Notes under the pieces: model-generated
What the model saw: only the letters and a program-made list of their open reading frames with translations
Databases searched by the model: none
Told to the model about the DNA's origin: nothing
From: a virus
DNA: 64,000 bases
Virus record (IMG/VR): IMGVR_UViG_3300046333_000120
Direction: 5' to 3' (one strand)
Part shown: positions 9,898 through 18,847 of the stretch, piece by piece
Position numbering within the stretch: position 1 is the first letter of the stretch
How the letters are laid out: every line of letters begins with the position of its first letter
Made by a program: the position numbers and the translations under genes

Positions 9898-10098
9898 TTA
9901 CGATTGTAGGTACACTGTATGCCAGGAGTCGAATCCCTCTGAGGTACTTGACCAGTCGAATCCAACTCGTAAAATATCTTTTAGGTTTTGGAATCGTGTT
10001 TGAGCTATATCTAGATCTTGTCTTAGATATTTTGCAATTTGCGTTCTTAGATCTGGTGCTACTGTATCTAGTATAGATTGGATAGTTTTAGTTTGCAT
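9898..10098 (-). CDS. Hypothetical protein
   Basis: 66-aa ORF with an A-rich leader, in an operon after 10105-10368. Confidence 0.6.
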   Translation of the reverse strand: MQTKTIQSILDTVAPDLRTQIAKYLRQDLDIAQTRFQNLKDILRVGFDWSSTSEGFDSWHTVYLQS

Positions 10099-10104
10099 GG
10101 TATA

Positions 10105-10368
10105 TTATTTAGGATTAGTTGAAAGGTTTGCACCTGCTAGGTATAGGTTTGTAATCATGAACATTAGGGGGTTTTTACCCTTTTTGCTTGATATACTGTT
10201 TTTCCATTTTGTTCGTGTCTCAGGGGAAGCATATGTATTGGTGCTTTCGATGATTTCCAAGAAGGTGCTGCGTAGTGCTTCTTCTGTAAGGGTTTGCATT
10301 TTACCGATTAGGCTTTCTACCTGTGCAGTAATTGAGCGTTCTGTAATTGATAAGTCGATGTGTGCCAT
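10105..10368 (-). CDS. Hypothetical protein
   Basis: ORF directly downstream of a class I promoter. Confidence 0.7.
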   Translation of the reverse strand: MAHIDLSITERSITAQVESLIGKMQTLTEEALRSTFLEIIESTNTYASPETRTKWKNSISSKKGKNPLMFMITNLYLAGANLSTNPK

Positions 10369-10377
10369 GGTGTTGTT

Positions 10378-10400
10378 GTTTTAATTATAATGTAAATATA
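10378..10400 (-). promoter_or_regulatory. Class I (host-sigma-like early) promoter TA(G/T)ATTTACATTATAATTAAAAC
   Basis: Conserved ~23-mer with 8 copies in the window; resembles the Bacteroidota TAnnTTTG -7 element. Confidence 0.75.
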
Positions 10401-10542
10401 ACTATAATATTTGAACCATGAAAATTTATTTGCAATTATTTTTAAAAAGATTATGGGAACACTGACCAGTAGAGAAACCAATAGGGTCACGAAGAAACAC
10501 CACATAACTTCAATGACCCTAGGGGGTTATAATTAAAACGGG

Positions 10543-11652
10543 TTATAGTTCCACAACTTGAGTTTTTAATTCTTCTGGTATGCTGTCCTTGTCAAAACCA
10601 AATAGTTTATCGAATGAATTTGATTCGTTATCTAGGGATTTGCGTTCTTCGGCTAGGATATCATCGTTGAAAAGGTCTCTGGCATATCTGGCTTCGTCGA
10701 ATGTTACTCCTCCATTTAGGTCAAAGAATAGTTTTTTGTTTACATCACCACCTCGATTCTTAGAGAATTCCATATAGCGACGGCCAGAATTTTCATTACC
10801 TTCCCAGTCAAGGTGCATCATTGCAGTTGCCATGTGTTTTAGTTTATTAGAACCAACAAATACTCCACCTTTAGATAATTGTAAAATCGTTACAAATGTA
10901 GTATGTTTAGATAGGATGTTATTTGCCTTGTTGTGATTGTCCATTAGATCTAGGAACCATTTCTCGGTTTTACCACGGGTCATTCCGCAAGCTTCTTTGA
11001 CTGTGTCATTTACTTCTGTGTAGGAATCGGTTAAGATAACGTCCCATCCTTGTGCAACTACTGATTCGATTACTGATTTTGGGCAATCTTCTGTGTAGTC
11101 TCCTAAGAATAGGATTGGTAATTGTCCCCAGTGAGGAAAACGTTTTAGGTAACGAGCCATATCGATTTGATTCATTTCTGCTGAGATGAATAGGACCTTC
11201 TTGCCACCTGCTTGTAACTTAGATAATAGTTCAAGTAGCACTGTAGTTTTACCTATACCAGGGGCTCCTGCTGCCATGACGTTAGTGCCTGGTAGGAAAC
11301 CACCTTCAGATGATACGAATTTATCGAATACAGTATCTGTAGCTAATGGAACAAAAAGACTTTCATCTATATTTAGGTCATCTAATTTGGTTAGAGTAAT
11401 TGGTCCAACGGCTTTAGATACTTTAGGTTCTTGTACTTGTTTAGGTTGTATACCTCCACCATATGCATTATGATAATCTTTAGAAGAATTAAAGTGACCT
11501 TGCTCGTTTATATTAACAAGTCTATTAGATTCTAATCCTTGAATCCATTCGTATTTAGGGTGATCCTCCTTGATTACTACGGTATGATCTTGGTCAATAG
11601 CGCGAAGTTCGAAGATGTCATTTAATTTGTGGAATGTGTAAGATACTTTCAT
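10543..11652 (-). CDS. RadA/Sms-like RecA-superfamily ATPase
   Basis: Walker A GAPGIGKTT, LFISAEM, ILTDS, GSNKLKH, FSKNRGG. Confidence 0.75.
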   Translation of the reverse strand: MKVSYTFHKLNDIFELRAIDQDHTVVIKEDHPKYEWIQGLESNRLVNINEQGHFNSSKDYHNAYGGGIQPKQVQEPKVSKAVGPITLTKLDDLNIDESLFVPLATDTVFDKFVSSEGGFLPGTNVMAAGAPGIGKTTVLLELLSKLQAGGKKVLFISAEMNQIDMARYLKRFPHWGQLPILFLGDYTEDCPKSVIESVVAQGWDVILTDSYTEVNDTVKEACGMTRGKTEKWFLDLMDNHNKANNILSKHTTFVTILQLSKGGVFVGSNKLKHMATAMMHLDWEGNENSGRRYMEFSKNRGGDVNKKLFFDLNGGVTFDEARYARDLFNDDILAEERKSLDNESNSFDKLFGFDKDSIPEELKTQVVEL

Positions 11653-11660
11653 AATGTGGT

Positions 11661-11683
11661 GTTTTAATTATAATGTAAATCTA
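11661..11683 (-). promoter_or_regulatory. Class I promoter
   Basis: Exact copy of the conserved motif. Confidence 0.75.
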
Positions 11684-11742
11684 ACTATTATTTGTGATAC
11701 ATGAAAACTTTTGGGATATTATTTTCAAGAAGTTATTAACAA

Positions 11743-11958
11743 TTACTTTTTGTATTTTGTGTATAACATCTGAATCATCCAACATAAGGCTGCACCATTC
11801 AAGATGATAATAAGAGCATTTTCAGGTTGAGTTAGTATATAGTGCAATATGTTACATGATGCTAAGATAACACTTGAAACTATTAGGTATGCTAGCGCAC
11901 TGAATGCCATGAATCCTACTAAACCAAGAGTTGCCATTTTTAAAGATCTACGTGTCAT
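11743..11958 (-). CDS. Small membrane protein
   Basis: Two hydrophobic segments; class I promoter at 11968-11990. Confidence 0.6.
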   Translation of the reverse strand: MTRRSLKMATLGLVGFMAFSALAYLIVSSVILASCNILHYILTQPENALIIILNGAALCWMIQMLYTKYKK

Positions 11959-12050
11959 AATTTGTTTGTTTTTAATTATAAGTAAATCTAATCAATATTG
12001 GTGATATATGAAAATTTAAAGTGTTAAAACTTTGTTAAAATTTAAGAAGT

Positions 12051-12075
12051 AAAAAGACCCCCATATAGGGGGTCT
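12051..12075 (-). terminator. Intrinsic terminator (minus strand)
   Basis: Minus strand reads agaccccc-tatat-gggggtcttttt. Confidence 0.75.
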
Positions 12076-12136
12076 GAAATGGATTTAAAACCTGAGTCTT
12101 CTGCTGTCTAGAATTTATGCTGCTCTGTTTATAATC

Positions 12137-13276
12137 CTAGTTTAATAATGAACCTGTTCGAACTAATTCTCTACCACCAAAGATATCTGGCATTGTGTTC
12201 TCGTGGTCAAATGATTTTTTACCGAATAGGTTACCAGATTTAACCATCAAATCTGATGCATTATAATCTTGCATATTAGTATCTATAATACCAGCTGCAT
12301 GCGTTGCGAAGTGAGTTACACCATTAACAACATCCCATACAGAAGTATTTGATTTTGCATGTTTTAATTGATCTGTACTTAATGTATCAAATCCTGCTTT
12401 GTAAAAAGCATTCATGTTTTCTGCTAGAGGCAACCAGTTATCTGAACGTTCACCTGCGAATGGAGAAATAAGATTATGTGCAAATTGTAATTCATGTAAA
12501 GATGCAGGTGTGTTATGTGCTGCTCTTACACGTTCTGCAAATCCAGTAGGTGCAAAGTTATTTTTACGTAATTCATTTAAGTTTTCAAAGAATTTCTCCA
12601 TTGAACCCTGATCTAATGAATTAAGAGTATATGATTCTTGAGCAAATGCAGTGGTCATTCCATTAGTACACCATTGACGATTAACATATGGAAGAACTTG
12701 GAAACCATCTTTAGGTGAATTTTGAAAAGTAACACCACCTGTAAATACCTCATCGCTTAAACCTTTAACTGCGAAGTTTGCATTAGGGTTAAATGCATTG
12801 ATAGTTACAATACCTGTTCCTGGATCTACTGACCAATTGGAAACACTCATTCCGTTATTATCTATAATATTTTCAGCAACTCCCATAAATTGGGAATTTG
12901 AAATACCGAATTGATCTTTCTTAGTGATAGCAACAACATACTTGGTAAGTGGGTTAAGTACCAATGTTACTTCTGAAAGTTTACCACTATTAGAAGACAT
13001 TGCATTTTTCATTGTATTAATGAATTGTGATTTAGCTTCTTTAGTAAATAGGGTTTCGAATTTCTGTGCGAATGCTTGTGACATTCCTAATAGGCCAAGT
13101 AAATTTTTAAATGCTGATTTCGTAACAGCTATACGGGATCCATTATATTCAATAGTTTCAGCGTCAATAATATTGATATCACGGAAATGTACAACTTTAC
13201 GTAGATTCTGTGCTTCTAACGTATTTACTTTTTTACGATCGATAACTTGACTTGATAATGTTTGAATTGTTGCCAT
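12137..13276 (-). CDS. DUF932-like protein
   Basis: RQWCTNGM and SVWDVVNGVTHFATH motifs typical of DUF932. Confidence 0.65.
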   Translation of the reverse strand: MATIQTLSSQVIDRKKVNTLEAQNLRKVVHFRDINIIDAETIEYNGSRIAVTKSAFKNLLGLLGMSQAFAQKFETLFTKEAKSQFINTMKNAMSSNSGKLSEVTLVLNPLTKYVVAITKKDQFGISNSQFMGVAENIIDNNGMSVSNWSVDPGTGIVTINAFNPNANFAVKGLSDEVFTGGVTFQNSPKDGFQVLPYVNRQWCTNGMTTAFAQESYTLNSLDQGSMEKFFENLNELRKNNFAPTGFAERVRAAHNTPASLHELQFAHNLISPFAGERSDNWLPLAENMNAFYKAGFDTLSTDQLKHAKSNTSVWDVVNGVTHFATHAAGIIDTNMQDYNASDLMVKSGNLFGKKSFDHENTMPDIFGGRELVRTGSLLN

Positions 13277-13328
13277 AATTGTTTTTGTTTATATTTATAT
13301 GATTAATAAAAAAAATGTTTCAGTATTA

Positions 13329-13451
13329 TTAAGAATTAATTGCTTTACATACCCATGATTGAGATACTTTAAGTCTATCAGCAATAATAGATGTAGTTAA
13401 GTTATCATTGAAGAATAAGTCCTTTGCGATTTGTGTTTTTGTAAGTTTCAT
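13329..13451 (-). CDS. 40-aa helix-turn-helix protein (not in ORF track)
   Basis: MKLTKTQIAKDLFFNDNLTTSIIADRLKVSQSWVCKAINS; directly behind the class I promoter at 13461-13483. Confidence 0.7.
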   Translation of the reverse strand: MKLTKTQIAKDLFFNDNLTTSIIADRLKVSQSWVCKAINS

Positions 13452-13599
13452 AATTTGTTTGTTTTAATTATAATGTAAATCTAACTATAATAGATGATCC
13501 GTGAAAACTTTTTTACAACTATTTTCAAAAAAAGTTGTTAACACTCCTTTGTTAATAACTTTATGGCGGGTTGATTCATTATGTCGCGGAAATTGATTA

Positions 13600-13740
13600 A
13601 TTTTATATGATGCCCCTTGGTTAGGGAATATTTTAACATTTATGTATGGGGGAGTCTACTCTTCCCCCTAGCAAGGATAGGGACGCCCATGTCGAATCTT
13701 CCGATTCTTCGTCTTTCGACCCGTTATGTCATTTTGTTAT
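13600..13740 (-). ncRNA. Candidate structured small RNA
   Basis: Follows a TATATTTG promoter-like site at ~13751-13758; only a 7-aa ORF; two GNRA-capped hairpins and a GC-rich stem. Confidence 0.35.
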
Positions 13741-13870
13741 TTTCCATATACAAATATAACTATAATACTTGAAATAAAAAAACATTGGCCTAATTATTTT
13801 CAATAAGATATGAACATTGAATTGTTAATAACTTTGTCCTATTATATTTTCACGGATCACAGAAAATGAT

Positions 13871-13893
13871 TAGATTTACATTATAATTAAAAC
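13871..13893 (+). promoter_or_regulatory. Class I promoter
   Basis: tagatttacattataattaaaac. Confidence 0.75.
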
Positions 13894-13902
13894 AAACAAA
13901 TT

Positions 13903-14361
13903 ATGACAAATTTAGTAAACACCACAAGCATCAACACCGTAAACTATTTAAAAGATTATAGTACAGGTAAATTTAGATTTATTGCAAAATGTAGAGCAGG
14001 TTTTATGACAGTATCAGATGCAAGAGAATTTGACAATGCACATTATATCCAATATCCTGAATCGTTATTAACTGCATATAAGAAAGGTGCTATCCAAACT
14101 ATTGAATTCTGCCCAGATGGAGGTGAATATTACTTAACAGTATTTGCAAAGAAAGGAAACAAAATAGTTCTAATAGATGAAACTATCTTGGCAAATCTAA
14201 CAGTAGGAACAATTAATCAGTTATGGTCTAATACTAACCTATACAATCAATCACAATATACCGCAGTCAACGCCAAAACATGGGCAGATTTGGCATATGT
14301 TCGTAAAGATGCTACAGTAACTGATTCCAATAGAGAACCCGTTATCCTAGAGAACCTCTAA
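13903..14361 (+). CDS. Hypothetical protein
   Basis: ORF behind a class I promoter. Confidence 0.7.
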   Translation: MTNLVNTTSINTVNYLKDYSTGKFRFIAKCRAGFMTVSDAREFDNAHYIQYPESLLTAYKKGAIQTIEFCPDGGEYYLTVFAKKGNKIVLIDETILANLTVGTINQLWSNTNLYNQSQYTAVNAKTWADLAYVRKDATVTDSNREPVILENL

Positions 14362-14397
14362 TATATAGATTATAAACTAACATTAAAATATTTAACT

Positions 14398-14532
14398 ATG
14401 GCAGCGAATACCTTACAAACATCTAAAGAGCTTCAACAACAAATCCTAAAAACAAAAACCGAAGAGCCTCATAACTACAAAAAGATTCAAAGGTTACAAC
14501 AGTTATTGGATAAAATCGCAACTGACAAATAA
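14398..14532 (+). CDS. 44-aa hypothetical protein (not in ORF track)
   Basis: MAANTLQTSKELQQQILK...IATDK*; TAATG overlap with the next gene. Confidence 0.55.
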   Translation: MAANTLQTSKELQQQILKTKTEEPHNYKKIQRLQQLLDKIATDK

Positions 14533-15221
14533 TGAAGTATACTGGGGTAAATTTCTCACTGGCAGATAAAATAAATTCTGCTAAAACACAGACTACTGCT
14601 AGGAATAACACATCAGATGTTCCTGCTAGGGTTAATCCATCTCCAGGCGATCCATCTATGTCAGTAGATACTTCTAATATAGATAATGCAGGCACAAATA
14701 TCAGTCAACAGCAAAATACAGCAACAGATACAACCTCGCCGGCCAAATCCCGTGAAGTAGCTAATAAAGCAAAGGACTTAGAATATCAAAAGCCACTAGA
14801 TGCAACATATCCACGAGAAGCTGATCCTGGCAAAGTTATTCCAACACCTAAATCTAAAGGATTTGCCCAAAGACTACTAGATGCACAAATGGCTAATAAC
14901 CTAATAGATACTAATAGACCTCAGCCAAATACTAGAACTGCAGAATATCCTAAAGAACAGGGTACCAATATTAACAAACCTCAACCCGAGGATAATACGC
15001 CCACAAGACCTAACCCAGGAGTATTTGACCCAAGTGGTATAAGTACTATAAACCCTAAAGGTCCCTCAGGGGACCTTCTAGGGAACATCCCTGGAGGCGC
15101 TCCTGGGACAACCCCTGAGGGCTCCCTAGGGCCTTTATATACCGCTCCTGGTCAATATAAGGCACCTAACACCCCTAAGGGATTTACCGCCCCTAAGCTT
15201 AACTTACCTAAATTCAAATAA
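14532..15221 (+). CDS. Pro/Asn/Thr-rich, probably disordered hypothetical protein
   Basis: Low-complexity composition; translationally coupled start. Confidence 0.6.
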   Translation: MKYTGVNFSLADKINSAKTQTTARNNTSDVPARVNPSPGDPSMSVDTSNIDNAGTNISQQQNTATDTTSPAKSREVANKAKDLEYQKPLDATYPREADPGKVIPTPKSKGFAQRLLDAQMANNLIDTNRPQPNTRTAEYPKEQGTNINKPQPEDNTPTRPNPGVFDPSGISTINPKGPSGDLLGNIPGGAPGTTPEGSLGPLYTAPGQYKAPNTPKGFTAPKLNLPKFK

Positions 15222-15229
15222 TAGACCCA

Positions 15230-15380
15230 TAGGCCTACACGACCCTATGCACTATAGACCTTATAGGGTACCCTAGAGGCAACAGTAGGCGCCTACGGAC
15301 CCTAGGGCCTTCTAGCACCGGATAGGGCAATATAGCCAGTTTGCCACCTACACCCACTACAAGCCTATAGGCCATATGGC
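15230..15380. repeat. Cluster of perfect 8-12 bp palindromes
   Basis: TAGGCCTA 15230, TAGGGTACCCTA 15264, GTAGGCGCCTAC 15285, CCCTAGGG 15300, GCCTATAGGC 15363, GCCATATGGC 15371. Confidence 0.9.
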
Positions 15381-16480
15381 ACATGGTGGTGAGCGTAGAG
15401 CGCATAGAGAGTATAGAGTACATAGAGAGTATAGAGCCAAAGGCACAATCGAAGACTTTGAAGTTGAAAGCGCAAATTGACTAGGATTTTAAGGGTTGAG
15501 AGTAAGAGATGCATAGGTTTCTATTCATCTACTAATAATTAGCAATATAGCGATCGACCTTCCTATAAGTCTACCAATAGTCTCAGTCCAGAGATCCTGT
15601 CACCTCAACCCATGCAGGCCTCAGTGTCTCTCTAAGGTCATCAAATCCCTTGAGAATGTGTCAACATACCCTCAGACGTTTCTCCATCTTACACACCCCT
15701 AGAAAAGTCAAAGTACCCGGATGAAAAAAATACCCCGGGGGAAATGGCCGGCCACTTACGTACATTGGAAGAAACTATAAGAACTATAAGTACTAAAACA
15801 ACACAGATATTGCCACAGATATTGACCTCTAGTGTACCTCAGAGTAAATGTGAAAAATATTATAAAAAAGTTTCACAGATTCTGAAACAAACGGGAGTAC
15901 TGGCAATATAACTTAAGTCTTTAAGCCTGAGGGAAGACCAAGAGGACAGATTGCAGGTTCTTTGAGGTCTCATAGTACTGGAGAGATTTTAAGGTCTCAC
16001 TTAATATAGAGTCTCCATTTAAAAAATACACCCTAAAAATAGGTGACTACCAGAATGAGGCGGAGGGTGGTTGTTGTTGTAAGGACTAATAGTATTTAAA
16101 ATAAATCAAAATCCTGTTATTAGTATAAGACTATAATTAATAAAGAACGATATTTATATAGATCTAGATATACTAGTAAGTAATCACATAAATATGGAAA
16201 ATTATTTAAAGTATCATTACAATGTGGCAAGTACGGGTGTCGTTGCAAGGTGGCCTGGATATTTTGGGGAATTACCCCTGAGGAACATGTTATTTCTCCG
16301 GGGGTTCTGAGGCCAGGGCCCCTATTATTATAGAAAAAAATGAGTTTTTTGATGTTGATAAATTAAATTTTCCCACACCTATTAAAGATGGAAGATCTAT
16401 GAGAAATAACTTGGAAATTATCTAAAAAAAATAGATGAAACAAATACTAATAAGCTAATATAAATTACAAATAATCTAAT

Positions 16481-16687
16481 ATGTGGAAGACAAAAGAAAT
16501 AACTAGACCAAACGGAACTAAAAAAAGACTAATGATTTGCCAAAATTCAAAACCCAGCGAAAGCAAATGGGCAGATTTTGCCCCAGAGGGTGGTGTTTGT
16601 GAAAATTGGAGTGAAGTTGCACATAATACTACTGCATCTTTATGTCATGAATGTACTGGTAGATCTGTGGGAGGAATGAAAGTATAG
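16481..16687 (+). CDS. Small Cys-rich (possible Zn-binding) protein
   Basis: C..C..CxxC; class II promoter upstream. Confidence 0.6.
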   Translation: MWKTKEITRPNGTKKRLMICQNSKPSESKWADFAPEGGVCENWSEVAHNTTASLCHECTGRSVGGMKV

Positions 16688-16740
16688 AGATATATAGATT
16701 AATATATGATTTTGTTTTGAACCAATGCTTTTTCTATTAC

Positions 16741-16769
16741 AAGCTACCTTTAATCGGGTAGCTTTTTTT
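16741..16769 (+). terminator. Intrinsic terminator
   Basis: aagctacc...ggtagcttttttt. Confidence 0.75.
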
Positions 16770-16838
16770 ATTAGAATAAATAGAATATAGAGGAAACAAA
16801 ATCATTTTTTTCAATACAAATATTATAAATAATAAAAT

Positions 16839-18809
16839 ATGTCTAAGAAAACAAATACACCTTTCATTGATCAGTTCGGAGAAGATTTAACTAAAATGGC
16901 AAGCGAGGGCAAATTAGATCCTATTATTGGTAGGGAAAAGGAAGTTTATCGTATATGTCAAATTCTTTCAAGGAGAAAGAAGAATAATCCAATTATTTTA
17001 GGAGATCCTGGTGTTGGTAAAACTGCATTAGTAGAAGCAATTGCACAGCGAATTGTAAATAAGCAGGTTGCAATGACTCTTCTTAATAAGAGAATTGTTT
17101 CACTTAATATTTCAAATATAGTTGCGGGAACGAAATATCGTGGTGAATTTGAGGAACGCATGAAAAACATAGTAGATGAATTAAAAGAAAATAGAGATGT
17201 TATTGTCTTTATTGATGAAATTCATACTATTGTTGGTGCAGGGGGAGTTAGTGGATCTTTAGATGCTAGTAATATATTAAAACCAGCATTAGCAAGAGGA
17301 CAAGTACAATGTATAGGTGCTACAACATTGGATGAGTATAGAGAAAATATTGAAAAGGATGGTGCACTTACCCGAAGATTTCAAGAAGTTTTCATAGATC
17401 CACCATCAATTGAAGATACTATTGAAATTCTTAATAGAATTAAACCTAATTATGAAGATTATCATGCAGTATCATATAGTGATGATGCAATCAAAGCATG
17501 TGTTACTTTATCAGAAAGATATATTACACAAAGAGAATTGCCAGATAAAGCAATTGACATAATGGATGAGGCAGGTGCAAAGGTACATTTAAAGGAAGTT
17601 AAAATGCCAGAGAGTATTAAAGAACTTGAAATTGAGGCTGAAACATATAAAGCATCTAAATTAGTTGCTGTTGAACAACAGGACTATGAGAAGGCTGGTA
17701 AATTTAGAGATTTAGAATTAGCAAAGAAAGAAGAAATCCAAAATTCAACGAAAGAATGGGAAATTTCTTTACGTGATAATAAAAAACAGGTAACATACGA
17801 AGATATTGCTGAAACTATTTCGCAAACAACTGGAATTCCAATTACAAGAATGACTGATGATGAAAATAGAATCATTGTTGAAATGGAAAAGGAATTAAAA
17901 TCCATGATTATTGGACAAGATCTTGCAGTTGAAGGACTTTGTAGAGTTATTAAAAGAAGTAGAACTGGAGTAAGTTCATCTAAAAAACCAATCGGATCAT
18001 TCATGTTTATTGGACCTACTGGAGTTGGTAAAACAGAAACAGTTAAAGCTTTAACAGAATATTATTTTGGAAGTGAAGATGCATTGATTAGGATTGATAT
18101 GTCTGAATATCAAGAAAAATTTAATGTTAGTAGACTTATTGGTTCTCCTCCAGGATATGTTGGATATGAAGAAGGTGGTCAATTAACAGAACAGGTTCGT
18201 CGTAAACCATATTCTGTTGTATTATTTGATGAAGTTGAAAAAGCCCATCCAGATATTTTTAATACTTTATTGCAAGTATTAGATGAAGGTAGATTAACTG
18301 ATACTTCAGGTAGAATTATTGATTTTACAAATACTATCATTATTATGACTTCAAATATTGGAGCAAAACGTGTTGCTGAATTTGGTGCAGGAATTGGATT
18401 TAATAGTACAACGTCATCTGCTTCATATAAAATGGAAATGGAAACAGTTATTAGAAAAGAACTTAAAAATAAGTTTGCTCCTGAATTTTTAAATAGGTTA
18501 GACGATATTGTTTTATTTGATGGATTAAAACAAGAACATGTACTACAAATAGCCGATATTGAAATTAATAAAGTAATTGAAAGAATGGCTGCATTAGAAT
18601 ATTCGATTAAACTTGCAAAAACTGCAATGATTTTTTTAGCAGAAAAAGGATATGATTCACAATATGGTGCTAGACCATTAAAAAGAGCTGTACAATCATA
18701 TGTTGAAGATTTATTGGCAGATTCTATCATTACAGGCCAAGTCGTTAAAGGTTCTAAAGTATATACCATCTCACATAAAAAAGGAGATGAGAAACTTTCT
18801 ATAAAGTAA
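16839..18809 (+). CDS. clpC: ClpC-type AAA+ unfoldase lacking the N-terminal domain
   Basis: Two Walker A motifs (GDPGVGKT, GPTGVGKT), short UVR-type M-domain AVEQQDYEKAGKFRD, GIGF ClpP-docking loop; starts just before LDPIIGR. Confidence 0.9.
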   Translation: MSKKTNTPFIDQFGEDLTKMASEGKLDPIIGREKEVYRICQILSRRKKNNPIILGDPGVGKTALVEAIAQRIVNKQVAMTLLNKRIVSLNISNIVAGTKYRGEFEERMKNIVDELKENRDVIVFIDEIHTIVGAGGVSGSLDASNILKPALARGQVQCIGATTLDEYRENIEKDGALTRRFQEVFIDPPSIEDTIEILNRIKPNYEDYHAVSYSDDAIKACVTLSERYITQRELPDKAIDIMDEAGAKVHLKEVKMPESIKELEIEAETYKASKLVAVEQQDYEKAGKFRDLELAKKEEIQNSTKEWEISLRDNKKQVTYEDIAETISQTTGIPITRMTDDENRIIVEMEKELKSMIIGQDLAVEGLCRVIKRSRTGVSSSKKPIGSFMFIGPTGVGKTETVKALTEYYFGSEDALIRIDMSEYQEKFNVSRLIGSPPGYVGYEEGGQLTEQVRRKPYSVVLFDEVEKAHPDIFNTLLQVLDEGRLTDTSGRIIDFTNTIIIMTSNIGAKRVAEFGAGIGFNSTTSSASYKMEMETVIRKELKNKFAPEFLNRLDDIVLFDGLKQEHVLQIADIEINKVIERMAALEYSIKLAKTAMIFLAEKGYDSQYGARPLKRAVQSYVEDLLADSIITGQVVKGSKVYTISHKKGDEKLSIK

Positions 18810-18847
18810 TAGTATAATATTAAAATAATAACATAATAATATAATAT

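Noticed and set aside
13700-13730. Hammerhead ribozyme (GUC-GAAA-GAC-GAA; also GACGAAAC near 9198)
   Set aside because: The required CUGANGA core is absent
15235-15423. 62-aa minus-strand ORF over the palindrome cluster
   Set aside because: Atypical composition and no leader or promoter motif
16194-16425. Possible frameshifted small gene (MENYLKYH... / ...PIIIEKNEFF)
   Set aside because: No recognisable homology; cannot be distinguished from chance ORFs
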